NCBI GenBank assembly: GCA_046331705.1
Contig: JAXLQJ010000039.1
Coordinates: 1-64,000 of the forward strand
Source of the DNA: a bacterium
GTDB taxonomy: Bacteria > JADJOY01
Length of the DNA: 64,000 nucleotides
Direction of reading: 5' to 3'
Within the stretch, counting starts at the first letter, position 1; each line of letters starts with the position of its first letter. Shown piece after piece: positions 30,541-40,687 of this stretch. The notes under the pieces were generated by a model. That model searched no databases and was not told where the DNA came from. It saw only the letters and a program-made list of their open reading frames with translations. Position numbers and translations under genes: made by a program.

Positions 30541-31791
30541 ATGCCGACGGGAGCGGGTGGAATCGTCGCGGTGGTGCTGGCGGGCGGTGAAGGGCGAAGG
30601 CTCTTGCCGCTCACCCAGCGCCGCGCCAAGCCCGCCATGCCGTTCGCCGGGAAGTACCGGCTCATCGACTTCGTGCTCACCAATCTGGTGCACTCGAACA
30701 TCCTGCGCATTCACGTCCTGACGCAGTACCAGCCCTACTCGCTGATCCGCCATCTCGCGCGGGGCTGGACCTTCTCGTCCCACCTCGGTCAGTACTGCGA
30801 GATCATTCCGGCGGCCTCGGGCGAGGGGCGGGGCTGGTATCAGGGATCCGCCGACGCGCTCTTCCAGAACCTGGCGCGCTTCGAGCGCGACCGGCCGCGG
30901 ATCGTGGCGGTGTTCGGATCCGACCACATCTACCGGATGGACCTCCGGCCGATGATCGAGGAGCACGTCGAGTCCGGCGCCGACGCCACCGTGAGCGTGC
31001 TGCCGTATCCGATCGGCGAAGCCCATCAATTCGGCTGCCTGGAGGTCGACGCCAACATGCGCGTGGCGCGGTTCGTCGAGAAGCCGCCGAGCCCACCGCC
31101 GTTTCACGCCGACCCGTCGAAGGCGCTGGTCTCGATGGGGAACTACCTGTTCAACTTCGACGTGATGCGCGAGGTGCTCCACCTCGACCACCTCAACCCG
31201 GACAGCCGCCACGACATCGGCGGCGACATCCTCCCCGCCTACTTCAACCAGCTCCACATCCACGCGTACGACTTCTCGAAGAACCGCTGCCCCGGCATCA
31301 CCGACGCGGAGGTGGGGTACTGGCGTGACGTCGGCACGATCGGATCGTATTGGCGCGCCTCGATGGATCTGGTGGCGGTGTCGCCGATCTTCAACATGTA
31401 CAACTACGAGTGGCCGCTGCTGACGGCGCGCACGGACCACCCGCCGGCCAAGTTCGTGTTCTCGGATCGGGATTCGAACCGGCTGGGTGTGGCCACCGAC
31501 TCGATCGTGAGCGACGGCTGCGTGGTCTCGGGCGGACACATCGACCGCTGCGTCCTCGGTCCGCGCGTGCGGGTCAACTCCTACGCCACCGTGAGCGAGT
31601 GCGTGATCTTCGAAGGCGTCGAGATCGGCCGGCGCTGTCGCATCCGGCGCACGATCGTCGACAAGGAAGTGAAGATCCCCGCCGATACCACCATCGGCTG
31701 GGACGAGCAGCACGACGTCGCGCGAGGCATCGTCATCGGCGACGACGGCATCCGCGTCGTGCCGCCGGGTGTGCGGTTCGACGGGGCGTGA
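30541..31791 (+). CDS. glgC: glucose-1-phosphate adenylyltransferase
   Basis: LAGGEGRRL.PLT..RAKPAMPFAGKYRLIDF, WYQGSADA, DHIYRMD, FVEKP, SMGNY, YWRDVGT, beta-helix C-terminus. Confidence 0.97.
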   Translation: MPTGAGGIVAVVLAGGEGRRLLPLTQRRAKPAMPFAGKYRLIDFVLTNLVHSNILRIHVLTQYQPYSLIRHLARGWTFSSHLGQYCEIIPAASGEGRGWYQGSADALFQNLARFERDRPRIVAVFGSDHIYRMDLRPMIEEHVESGADATVSVLPYPIGEAHQFGCLEVDANMRVARFVEKPPSPPPFHADPSKALVSMGNYLFNFDVMREVLHLDHLNPDSRHDIGGDILPAYFNQLHIHAYDFSKNRCPGITDAEVGYWRDVGTIGSYWRASMDLVAVSPIFNMYNYEWPLLTARTDHPPAKFVFSDRDSNRLGVATDSIVSDGCVVSGGHIDRCVLGPRVRVNSYATVSECVIFEGVEIGRRCRIRRTIVDKEVKIPADTTIGWDEQHDVARGIVIGDDGIRVVPPGVRFDGA

Positions 31792-31827
31792 GCGGCCGGC
31801 CCGGCCGCCGCTCCTCGGCGCCGGGCG

Positions 31828-33954
31828 TCAGAACCGTTCCTGCGGGAACCACTCGGGGAAGCCGCGGAAGCCCTCGCAGCGGAAGAGCCGCTGCGTGCCG
31901 AGCCATTGGTTGTCGCTCGGGTCCCGGTAGGCCGGCAGCTCGCGGCAGTCCTCGAACGCGAACGCCACTCCCGGGTGGATCCCGCCACTGCCCCCCACGT
32001 AGAGGGCCGCGGCGCCGGCGGGGACCGTCGCGAGGTCGTTCCACAGGTCGTATTGCTCGTAGCGCCGGTCGAGGCGCACCGAGTACACACGTGGGTGCCC
32101 CGGCACGTAGAACGCGAGCTCGCTCGCTTTCGCGTACTGGTTGACGAAGACGAGCGGGGCGGCGCCCTCGGCTCGCCAGGCTTCGAGGACGCGACCGACG
32201 TGTAGCCCGAAGCCGCGCCAACCCCTGAGCCGCGCGGTCGGGTCGAGCCGCCCGGGTAGCCCCTCGAAGAAGTCTTGCGCCAGCCCCGCGCTACCCATCA
32301 GCGCGCTCACCATCAGGCTCGCGGCCACACAGGCTGCGGCGAGGCGCCGCATGGCCTGTCGCCGCCGGCCCCGCAGCGCCGGGATGGCCTGGTCGAGCAC
32401 CCAGCCGGCGCTCACCCCCGCAGCGAGGTAGGCCGGAACCGCCCAATTCGCCTGCACCTTGGCCTGGCCGGACTTGAGGGTGAAGAACGCGAGGATCGGC
32501 GCCGAGGTGGCGAACAGCAGCACATGGCCCGGATCGCGGGTCTGCCAAGCGGCTCGACCGGAGCGCGCCATGCCCAAGCCGAGCAGCACCGCGACCCACG
32601 GCGTGAGCACGCCGATCTGCGAGCCCACGAACTCGAGCAGCTGGCCCACGTCGAAGCCCGCGCCCTTGCCGACGCCAGCCAGCTTGCCGACGTGCGCGGT
32701 GGTGACCCAGCCGTGCCGCGCGTTCCAGATCCACACCGGCAGCGTCAGCGCCGCGGCCACCGCCCCGCAGAGGTAGGGGCCGGGGCGGCGCAGCTGCGCG
32801 CGCAGCGCGGGCACGACCAGCAGCGCGCCGATCACGCACGGCGCCAGCACGCCCGCCGTGTACTTGAAGAGGAAGGCGACACCGGTGGCGAGGCCCGCTG
32901 CGAGCCAAGCGCGCGTGGATCCGGTTCGAAACGCGCGCTCGAGCGCCACCAGCGCCAGCGCCCAGCAGGCCGCGAACGGCGGATCGATGGTCGCGAGCAT
33001 CCCGCCCGCGGTGAACAGCGGCGAGAGCCTGAGCGTGACCAGCCCGAGCACCGCCGCGCGATCGCTACCGGTGATGCGCCGCGCGAGCACGAACATCGCC
33101 AGCGCCAGCACGGTGCTCGCGAGCACCGCGGACATGCGGATGCCGGCGGGCGACGATCCGAAGAGCGCGGTGGTCGCGCGGATCAGATACGCGATCCCCG
33201 GCCCCTTGCTGTAGTACGAGAGATCGAGGCGCCGCGACCACTCCCAGTAGTGCGCCTCGTCGGGGGCCAGATCGAGTCCGCCGCGCGTGATCGCGATCAC
33301 GTTGAACGCCGTGTTGGCCGCCAGCAGCACCGCGCCCGCCGCCAGCCAGCGACGCTCACCGAGGGCTCGCCACCCGCGCACCGCCGCGCCGCGGATCGCA
33401 TGCGCCAGGCGATTGAGCCTCCGCCGCGGCGCGCCGCGCGCCAGCTCGAAGCCCACCAGCCCGAACGCCGCCCCGAGCACCAGCCCGCCGATCACGTCCA
33501 GCGGGAAATGGACCCCTTGGTAGACCCGCGTCAGCGCGGTCACCACCGCCACCGCCGCGAGCGGAAGCGCGAGCGCGGGGTGGGCGAGCGACACCACGGT
33601 CACCGCCGCCGACGTGTTCACGGCGTGTGAGGACGGAAACGACGCGGAGACCGGACAGCGGCCGGCGCGCAGCACCACGTCGTCGAGCACCTGGCAGGGG
33701 CGCTCGCGCGCGAAGAGCCGCTTCACCACGAAGCGATTCGTGGGGTCGCTGATCGCGACCACCAAGCCCGCGAGCAGCAGGGTGCGGCGCCACTTCGCGC
33801 CGCCGAGGGTCGCGAGCAGGATCGCGCCGACGATCAGCCACGGCACCATGCGGTGCGCGTCGGCGAGCGCGAGCAGGATCGTGTCGATTCGCTCGCCCAG
33901 GCCGCCCTGGTTGATCCAGCGGAACGTGAGATCGTCGAACGGCAGTGGCGTCAC
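31828..33954 (-). CDS. fusion of PAP2 phosphatase and ArnT/GT39-like glycosyltransferase
   Basis: PAP2 motifs K..F.RERP, SFPSSH, TRVYQGVHFPLD; then DEAHYWEW..LDLSYYSKGP, FKYT, WIWNA, QANW. Confidence 0.9.
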   Translation of the reverse strand: MTPLPFDDLTFRWINQGGLGERIDTILLALADAHRMVPWLIVGAILLATLGGAKWRRTLLLAGLVVAISDPTNRFVVKRLFARERPCQVLDDVVLRAGRCPVSASFPSSHAVNTSAAVTVVSLAHPALALPLAAVAVVTALTRVYQGVHFPLDVIGGLVLGAAFGLVGFELARGAPRRRLNRLAHAIRGAAVRGWRALGERRWLAAGAVLLAANTAFNVIAITRGGLDLAPDEAHYWEWSRRLDLSYYSKGPGIAYLIRATTALFGSSPAGIRMSAVLASTVLALAMFVLARRITGSDRAAVLGLVTLRLSPLFTAGGMLATIDPPFAACWALALVALERAFRTGSTRAWLAAGLATGVAFLFKYTAGVLAPCVIGALLVVPALRAQLRRPGPYLCGAVAAALTLPVWIWNARHGWVTTAHVGKLAGVGKGAGFDVGQLLEFVGSQIGVLTPWVAVLLGLGMARSGRAAWQTRDPGHVLLFATSAPILAFFTLKSGQAKVQANWAVPAYLAAGVSAGWVLDQAIPALRGRRRQAMRRLAAACVAASLMVSALMGSAGLAQDFFEGLPGRLDPTARLRGWRGFGLHVGRVLEAWRAEGAAPLVFVNQYAKASELAFYVPGHPRVYSVRLDRRYEQYDLWNDLATVPAGAAALYVGGSGGIHPGVAFAFEDCRELPAYRDPSDNQWLGTQRLFRCEGFRGFPEWFPQERF

Positions 33955-34014
33955 GTGAGGTCCACGGCGAGCGCGTGCTCGGCCAGTCGGCTCGCGCCCC
34001 CGATCGGCGCGCGG

Positions 34015-35178
34015 TCAGTCGGCCAGGATCAGCTTCGCGAGAGTCTGGAGCTGCATGAAGCTCGTGCCCTCGTAGATCTTTCCGATCTTGGCGTCTCGAT
34101 AGAGCTTCTCCGCGGGGAATTCCTTGGTGAAGCCGGCGCCGCCGAAGACCTCCACGGCGCGGGACGCGACGCGCTCGGCGACCTGCGAGGCGTGGTACTT
34201 GGCCATCGCCGCCTCGCGCGCGAAGGGGGCGCCCGCCTCGCGCAGCCGCGCCGCGTTGTAGACCATGAGCCGCGCGGACTCGACCTCGATGGCGAGCTCC
34301 GCGAGCCAGAACTGCATCGCTTGATTGGCGGCGATCGGCCGGCCGAACTGCTCGCGGGTCTTGGCGTACGCGACGGCGTTCTCGAAGGCCCCCTGAGCGA
34401 GCCCCACGAGCTGCGCGCCGATGCCGATTCGCCCCTCGTTCAAGAGCTCGATCGCCACCTTGTAGCCGCGTCCCACGTCGCCGAGCACCTGCGCGCGCGG
34501 CACGAAGCAGCCGTCCAGCAGCAGCTCGCAGGTGCTGGAGGCGCGGATGCCGAGCTTGTCCTCGGCCTTGCCCACGGTCAGCCCCTCGCTCTCGCGTGGC
34601 ACCAGAAAGGCGCTGATGCCCTTGTAGCCCGCCTCGGGATCGACGGTGGCGAAGATCAGGAAGAGCCCGGATTCGCGGGCGTTCGTGACCCACATCTTGC
34701 GGCCTTCGAGCCGGAAGCCGCCGTCCACCGGGTGGGCGCGACAGCGCAGCGCGAACGCGTCCGAACCACTACCCGACTCGCTCAGGCAATACGAGCCGGG
34801 ACGGTCGCCGGCGAGCCTGGGCAGGAAGCGGCTGCGCTGGGCCTCGTCGCCGTAACGCAAGAGCGCCGTCGTCAGCAGCGTGTTCTGCACGTCCACCAGC
34901 ACGCCCACGGCAGGATCGACCCGCGAGATCTCCTCCACCGCCAGGATCGACATGAAGAAGCTCGCGCCAGCGCCGCCCAGCTCCGTGGGCACCTCGATGC
35001 CCATCAGACCCATCTCGAAGAGCCCCGCGAGCACCGCCGGGTCGAGGCGTGCCTCGCGATCCATCGCCGCCGAACGCGGGCGAATGACGCGCTCGGCGAA
35101 GTCGCGCACCGAGCGGCGGAAGAGCGACTCCTCGTCGCTGAGCAACGTGAGGGGCGGGCGGGCGTGTGCGGAGGTCAT
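34015..35178 (-). CDS. acyl-CoA dehydrogenase (short/branched-chain type)
   Basis: YCLSESGSGSDA, GRKMWVTN, KLGIRASSTC, LNEGRIGI, REQFG, IYEGT. Confidence 0.96.
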   Translation of the reverse strand: MTSAHARPPLTLLSDEESLFRRSVRDFAERVIRPRSAAMDREARLDPAVLAGLFEMGLMGIEVPTELGGAGASFFMSILAVEEISRVDPAVGVLVDVQNTLLTTALLRYGDEAQRSRFLPRLAGDRPGSYCLSESGSGSDAFALRCRAHPVDGGFRLEGRKMWVTNARESGLFLIFATVDPEAGYKGISAFLVPRESEGLTVGKAEDKLGIRASSTCELLLDGCFVPRAQVLGDVGRGYKVAIELLNEGRIGIGAQLVGLAQGAFENAVAYAKTREQFGRPIAANQAMQFWLAELAIEVESARLMVYNAARLREAGAPFAREAAMAKYHASQVAERVASRAVEVFGGAGFTKEFPAEKLYRDAKIGKIYEGTSFMQLQTLAKLILAD

Positions 35179-35282
35179 GGCTCGGATCCGGGCTGTGTCG
35201 GACGCGACGGCCGCGTCCGCGAAGAAGGTACCGAAACGACCAGGGGCGCGAGTCTACCCCGCGCACCTCCCCGTGCCAGCCG

Positions 35283-36197
35283 TCAGCGCGGATCGTCCGT
35301 GGCCGGTTCGCGCGTGAGCCGCTCGTAGAGACCGTCCAGTCCCTGGTCTTCGCGGATCTCGGCGACCTGACCGTCCCCCAGCTCGATGACGATCCACTCG
35401 CCGTCCGCTCGCTCCGCGACGTCCATCGTGAAGAACGGGCTCGGTATCCGCGCCGCGATCGAGTCGAACGGCTCGCTCGGCGGTGGTTCGCCGCTCGCCG
35501 ATTCGCGCCAGTAGTGCCCGCCTGCGAGTGGAGCGGCGCTCCAGTACACGAGGCGGTACTCGCGAGCCAACGGCATGGCGCTCTTTGGGTGGCGCCCAGC
35601 GGGCCGAAGCTCGACGAACTCTCGAAACACGAACCCGCCCTCGAGCGAATCGCCGCGCAACGCGATGAAGCTGTCGAGCACGCGCTCGACCGCGTCGAGA
35701 TCGTCTGCGCACGGGATGTAGCAGGCCTCCTCCCATGCGTGTTTCTCCGACTTCACGTAATCCTTGAGCACCAGCGGACGATTGCCGAACGGCGCCAGTA
35801 ACAGCGCCAGCTCGGCGCGCGCTGGCCGGGTCGTGCTCGCGGTCCACACGCTCCGTGGCGTGTGCTCGGCGATGGCGGAATGGCTCGCGGGCAGGTGGTG
35901 GCAGAAGCGGTATGCCCCGGGCGACGTGACGAGCGTCGTTCCGCGTGCGGCGAGCGCTGCATGCAGCCGCTCGTACGCGGCGGCGGAGAGCATCCATCCG
36001 CGATAGATCGCGGACTCGGACGCTGCTGTCGGCGGGATGCGGCGAACCGCGCGCTCCGCTTCGTCGGCCGAGCCGAGGAGGTCCGTGTTCACGATACCCA
36101 CGCTTGCTCCACTGGCGCGCGCCAGCTCGACCTCGCGGGCGAAGGCTTCGTCGGGCTGCGAGCGATCGATCGAGTCGGAAGGGAAGAGCACGCGCAT
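35283..36197 (-). CDS. ATP-grasp domain protein (R2K clade / DUF4343-like)
   Basis: IYRGWML, Y..CHHLP, KDYVKSEKH.W, EYR, SPFFTMDVA, W.VIELGDGQV. Confidence 0.85.
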   Translation of the reverse strand: MRVLFPSDSIDRSQPDEAFAREVELARASGASVGIVNTDLLGSADEAERAVRRIPPTAASESAIYRGWMLSAAAYERLHAALAARGTTLVTSPGAYRFCHHLPASHSAIAEHTPRSVWTASTTRPARAELALLLAPFGNRPLVLKDYVKSEKHAWEEACYIPCADDLDAVERVLDSFIALRGDSLEGGFVFREFVELRPAGRHPKSAMPLAREYRLVYWSAAPLAGGHYWRESASGEPPPSEPFDSIAARIPSPFFTMDVAERADGEWIVIELGDGQVAEIREDQGLDGLYERLTREPATDDPR

Positions 36198-36212
36198 GGT
36201 GGTGGGCTCGCG

Positions 36213-37859
36213 TTACGGATTCGAATGGGTGGCGGTCTCATCCCCGGCGGCTACGGTGGGGCAGGCGGTTTCGAGAGAGCGGCGCAGGGGCTCGAGCTGC
36301 CCCATGCGCTGGGAGCCGGGGAAGTCGTCGATGGGGCGGCCGAAGAGCGAGCGGCCCGCATGGCGGGCTTGGGCGAGCACGACGTCGAGCTCGGCGCGCG
36401 CGCGGTCGCATTGGCCGCGGGCGGCGAGCGCGAACACGAGGCCGTCGCGGTAGCCCCACCAATCGCGGACCTCGAGCGCGGCGCGATAGAAGATCTCGGC
36501 CTCGCTCGGCTCGCCTGCGGCGGAGCGTGCGGCGCCGATGGCGGCGAGCTGGTCGGCGGTGCCACCCGTGAGCGCGATCGGCAGCCACGGCCTGGCGCGC
36601 GCGCCGTGGGGCAGGAACGGGAGATCTGCATACGTCCCAGGCGAGCCCAGGATTCCAGCGACCAAGGCGACGGCGACGATCACGCTCGGAACGCGCTGAC
36701 CGCGACTGGGCGGCGGCGCTGGCCGCGCGAATCCCGGCGTGAGCCCCGCGGCGAGCAGCCGGTCGTAGAGCTCGGGGTGGCCAGTCGTCTGGCCCAGGAC
36801 GGCGGGAATCTCCGCGTCCACGTAGAGCCGCAAGAGCGCCGACGCGTAGACCCCGGCGCTCTCGACGGTCTCGACCGCCAGCCGGTCGGCGCGCTCTTCG
36901 AGGCGCCGGCGCAGCTGCTGCATCGGTAGCAGCGCGATCACGACGGCGGTGGCCAGGATCACCGCCAGCGCGAACGAGAAGCTCGCGGCCACGGGCCGCA
37001 AGAGCGCGAGCGGTAGCAGCAGCAGCGTCGCCGCGAGGCGGACGAAGCGCACGCCGCGCGATTCCGACAGGTGCCCCAGCTCGTGTGCGATGACCGCTTC
37101 GAGCTGACTCTCGGTGAGGAGCGCGAGTGCCCGGGTCGAGATCAACACTGCGCGCGCCCACGGCAGCGCGGCCGCCGAGCCGATCTCCGAGCGAAGCTCG
37201 TACGTGGCGGGCGCCGCCATTCCCACGGTGCCGGCCACCCGAGCGACCGCTTCGACCGCGCGCGGCGAGGGCGGCCCGATCAGCCCGAAGAGACGCGCGA
37301 CGCGAATCGCCGCGCCGAAGTGGAGCCCCACCAAGCCCGCGGCCGTCGCGGCGACCGCGGCGCCGGTCGCCGGGCCGAAGTCCGCTGGCATGGCGAGCGC
37401 CGCGAGCACGATCAGCAACACGTGCGGATACCAGAACAGCCAGCGCTCGACGAGCGTGCGCGCCGTGGTCACGAAGCTCGTGGGCCGCTTGCGGGCGCGC
37501 TCGACGACTTGGTGGTAGACGAGCGTGATTGCCGTCAGCGACGCGAGCGGGGCGAGCACCCGCGGCACCGCGGCGGGCACCGCGGAGAGCGCGTACGGCA
37601 GCTCGAACATCGCGATGGCGATCCCGAGCGGCGCGATCGTCGAGAGCTGGCTCAGGTTCACCCGCGCCGGCCACGTGAGCCGCGCCCGCTCGGTCCAGTG
37701 CAGCCCGTCGAGGCCCGGCGGGCGCCGTCCCCAGGCCATCCACACGGACGCTCGTGCCAGAAGCCACGAGTTAGCGAACGCCAGCACGATCGCCGCCGGC
37801 GCCGGTGTCCACCGCACCCACGCCGGCATCGTCGCCTGCACCTGGTCGAGGGCGGTCAT
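36213..37859 (-). CDS. M48-family (HtpX/Ste24-like) membrane zinc metalloprotease with TPR-like C-terminus
   Basis: TM segments, AVIAHELGH, EERAD, HPELYDR; start 37859 inferred. Confidence 0.85.
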   Translation of the reverse strand: MTALDQVQATMPAWVRWTPAPAAIVLAFANSWLLARASVWMAWGRRPPGLDGLHWTERARLTWPARVNLSQLSTIAPLGIAIAMFELPYALSAVPAAVPRVLAPLASLTAITLVYHQVVERARKRPTSFVTTARTLVERWLFWYPHVLLIVLAALAMPADFGPATGAAVAATAAGLVGLHFGAAIRVARLFGLIGPPSPRAVEAVARVAGTVGMAAPATYELRSEIGSAAALPWARAVLISTRALALLTESQLEAVIAHELGHLSESRGVRFVRLAATLLLLPLALLRPVAASFSFALAVILATAVVIALLPMQQLRRRLEERADRLAVETVESAGVYASALLRLYVDAEIPAVLGQTTGHPELYDRLLAAGLTPGFARPAPPPSRGQRVPSVIVAVALVAGILGSPGTYADLPFLPHGARARPWLPIALTGGTADQLAAIGAARSAAGEPSEAEIFYRAALEVRDWWGYRDGLVFALAARGQCDRARAELDVVLAQARHAGRSLFGRPIDDFPGSQRMGQLEPLRRSLETACPTVAAGDETATHSNP

Positions 37860-37933
37860 GAGCGGTGCGGTGAGCGCGTGGACAGGGGCAGGGGGCGTGA
37901 CTACATTCCGCCGACTCGCGAAGGAGAGCACGA

Positions 37934-38884
37934 ATGGAAGCGGTACGAAACGTGGTGATCGTGGGCTCGGGATGCGCGGGCTTCACCGCGGCGCTCTACA
38001 CGGCGCGCGGTGGGTTGCAGCCGCTCATCATCGAAGGCGGGAAGGTGGCGCCGGGAGGGCTCCTGACCACCACCACGGAGGTCGAGAACTTCCCCGGCTT
38101 TCCCGAGGGGATCATGGGACCGGAGCTGATGGAGCGGATGCGCGCGCAGGTCACGCGCTTCGGCACCGAGTTCATGACCGCCACGGTCACCAAGGTGGAG
38201 ACGCACGCGCGCCCGTTCCGCCTCCACACCGACACCGGCGAGGTGATCCAGACGCGCACGCTCATCATCGCCACCGGCTCGGCGCCGCGCCTGCTCGGCA
38301 TCGAAGGCGAGCAGGAGCTGACCGGCAAGGGTGTGAGCACGTGCGCCACCTGCGATGGCTTCTTCTATCGCGGCAAGACCGTGGTGGTGGTGGGCGGCGG
38401 CGACTCGGCGATGGAAGAGGCGCTCTACCTGGCCGGTCTCGCGTCCAAGCTGATCCTGGTGCACCGGCGCGATTCGTTCCGCGCGTCCAAGATCATGCAG
38501 GAGCGCGTGCTCGCGAACCCCAAGATCGAGGTTCGCTGGGACTCGGCGGTGGTCGAGGTCCTCGGCCGCGAGAAGAACGATCTCGAAGGTGTGGTGATCC
38601 AGAACCTCAAGACCGGCGCACGCGAGACGGTGACCTCGCCGGGGATCGGGCTCTTCGTGGCGATCGGCCACACGCCCGTCACGGAGTTCCTGGGCGGCGC
38701 GATCGACACGGACGAGCAGGGCTACATCCGGGTCAAGGACCCCACCAGCGAGACCAACGTCCCCGGCATCTTCGCCGCGGGCGACGTGATGGACCCGCGC
38801 TACCGCCAGGCGGTCACCGCCGCCGGCTCGGGCTGCCGCGCCGCCATCGACGCCGAACGCTTCCTCCAGCGCGAAGGGCATTAG
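37934..38884 (+). CDS. trxB: thioredoxin-disulfide reductase
   Basis: GSGCAG, VENFPGF, GVSTCATCDG, GGGDSAMEE, HRRD, FAAGDV.D..YRQAVTAAG. Confidence 0.97.
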   Translation: MEAVRNVVIVGSGCAGFTAALYTARGGLQPLIIEGGKVAPGGLLTTTTEVENFPGFPEGIMGPELMERMRAQVTRFGTEFMTATVTKVETHARPFRLHTDTGEVIQTRTLIIATGSAPRLLGIEGEQELTGKGVSTCATCDGFFYRGKTVVVVGGGDSAMEEALYLAGLASKLILVHRRDSFRASKIMQERVLANPKIEVRWDSAVVEVLGREKNDLEGVVIQNLKTGARETVTSPGIGLFVAIGHTPVTEFLGGAIDTDEQGYIRVKDPTSETNVPGIFAAGDVMDPRYRQAVTAAGSGCRAAIDAERFLQREGH

Positions 38885-38958
38885 TTCTGCGCGGTCTCTT
38901 CAGGGCCGCGGCTCGTCGCGGAGCGCCATCTGCCGGGCGGGTCGAGAGTCGAGCGGGA

Positions 38959-40323
38959 GTGATCAGGCGAGCGCTGGCACCGTCGGTGTTGCTCGCGGTG
39001 CTCGCGGCCGTGACGGCGCGAGCCGAGGAACCGCTGCGCGCCGCGGTCGGACCGTTCTCGCCACCCGCGAAGGCTGGGTTCCGGGTGGGGATGGCGAAGG
39101 TCGACATGACGCCCGATCTGTCGCAGATCGCGGTGTCGCTCAACGGCTATGGGGATCGAGACGACGCGCTGGCGACGGCGGTGCTCGACCCGGTTTACGC
39201 GCGCGCCCTCGTGGTGGTGGATGCGCACGGCGGCCTGGCCGCCATCGTGGCCGCGGATCTTTGCTACGTGACGACCGAGCTACGCGACCTTGCGCTCGCG
39301 GAGCTCGGCGAGGACGGCTTCGACGGGCGGAACTTCCTCCTCGCCGCGACGCATACCCATTCGAGCTTTTCCGGTTACGACGGCAGCCGAGTCGCGAAGC
39401 TCTTCATGGGCGAGTTCCACGAGGAGGTCCTGATTCGGACGGCGCACGCGATCGCACGCGCGGTGCGCGACGCGAAGGCGCAGGCTCGGCCCGCGGTGAT
39501 GAGCGTCGCACGCGCGTGGCTTTCGGGTTTCAACCGCAGCCGGCTCGATCCCAGCTTCGACCACGCTCGGGGACGCAGCCTCGCGGCCTCGGCGGATCCG
39601 CGATTCGCCCTCAACCAACGTGCGGTGCTCGTTCGGTTCCAGGCGGAGGACGGCACGAACATCGGCGCGGTGACTCAGTTCTCGGCCCACCCGACCGTGC
39701 TGTCGCCCAAGAATCTCGCGATCTCGGCGGACTACCCCGGTGTGCTCTGCCGCCGGCTCGAAGGAGCACTCGGGCCGGGAAGCGTCGCGCTCTTCCTGAA
39801 CGGCAGCCTGGGTGACCTGGCACCGACACCGGATTGGGCGGAGTCGGGGGACATCGAGGTCAAGCGGATGGAGGCGTACGGCAACGGGCTCGCCGACGCT
39901 TTCCTCGGCATGATGCCCGCGTTGGTGCCGACGGACGACACGCGTCTCCGCGCCAACTCCGTGCGGCTGCCGTTCGAGAATCTCGTCGTCAACGTGTTCG
40001 GCGGCGTGACGTTGCCGGGCTTTCTCACCGGCTTGGTCACGACCCGCGACGAGCTGACCGTCCAAGCGATGGCCCTCGGCCGGCTGGTCTTGCTCGCCAT
40101 CCCTGGCGAGGCGACGACGCGCGCGGGGACGCAACTCGAGACGGTGTGCGAGAACGGCGACGAGTGCATCGTCGTCGCTCCGGCGAACGCCTACGTCGGC
40201 TACATCGTGACCCGCGACGAGTACGAGCTGGACAGGTACGAGGCCGACTCGTGCTTCTTCGGGCCCGACGCCGCCGCATGGGCGAGATCGGCCATCGAGA
40301 CCGCGTATCGCGGGCTCCAGTAG
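38959..40323 (+). CDS. secreted neutral/alkaline ceramidase-like hydrolase
   Basis: Signal peptide, RVGMAKVDMTP, LNGYG, DPVYARAL, ATHTHS, AHPT, ISADYPG, IPGE, Y.GYIVT..EY...YE. Confidence 0.85.
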   Translation: MIRRALAPSVLLAVLAAVTARAEEPLRAAVGPFSPPAKAGFRVGMAKVDMTPDLSQIAVSLNGYGDRDDALATAVLDPVYARALVVVDAHGGLAAIVAADLCYVTTELRDLALAELGEDGFDGRNFLLAATHTHSSFSGYDGSRVAKLFMGEFHEEVLIRTAHAIARAVRDAKAQARPAVMSVARAWLSGFNRSRLDPSFDHARGRSLAASADPRFALNQRAVLVRFQAEDGTNIGAVTQFSAHPTVLSPKNLAISADYPGVLCRRLEGALGPGSVALFLNGSLGDLAPTPDWAESGDIEVKRMEAYGNGLADAFLGMMPALVPTDDTRLRANSVRLPFENLVVNVFGGVTLPGFLTGLVTTRDELTVQAMALGRLVLLAIPGEATTRAGTQLETVCENGDECIVVAPANAYVGYIVTRDEYELDRYEADSCFFGPDAAAWARSAIETAYRGLQ

Positions 40324-40344
40324 GCGAAGCGGCGATCCGGGAAG

Positions 40345-40575
40345 GCAGCGCTCTCGCACCAACCCGTCGCGCTCCTCGGCGACGGGATCCGCGGCAGGGA
40401 TGCCGAGATCGACCGGCGTGTGCTTTCCCAGGCGCTCGACGAACTCGGCCTGCTCGACTTCCCGGCGAACGGCTTCCAGTACCACGTCGCTCATCGTGCG
40501 GCCGCGACGGTGAGCGAGCGCTTGCAAGCGCCGGTGGATCGACTCGGGGACGTTCTTCACCTGGAGATTCGCCAT
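40345..40575 (-). pseudogene. orphan FitA/VapB-like ribbon-helix-helix antitoxin; stop codon and toxin missing
   Basis: MANLQVKNVPESIHRRLQALAHRRGRTMSDVVL RHH signature; frame has no stop and runs antisense into the ceramidase gene; end coordinate approximate. Confidence 0.7.
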
Positions 40576-40687
40576 GGCATGAGACTGTCGCAAGCCATTC
40601 TCATGCTCGCGACCATCGTCCCTTCGTGCGCGGCGAGGCTTCGAGATCGCAGGGGCGAGCGCCAGCTCGCCCGGCGTTCCCGCCCGA

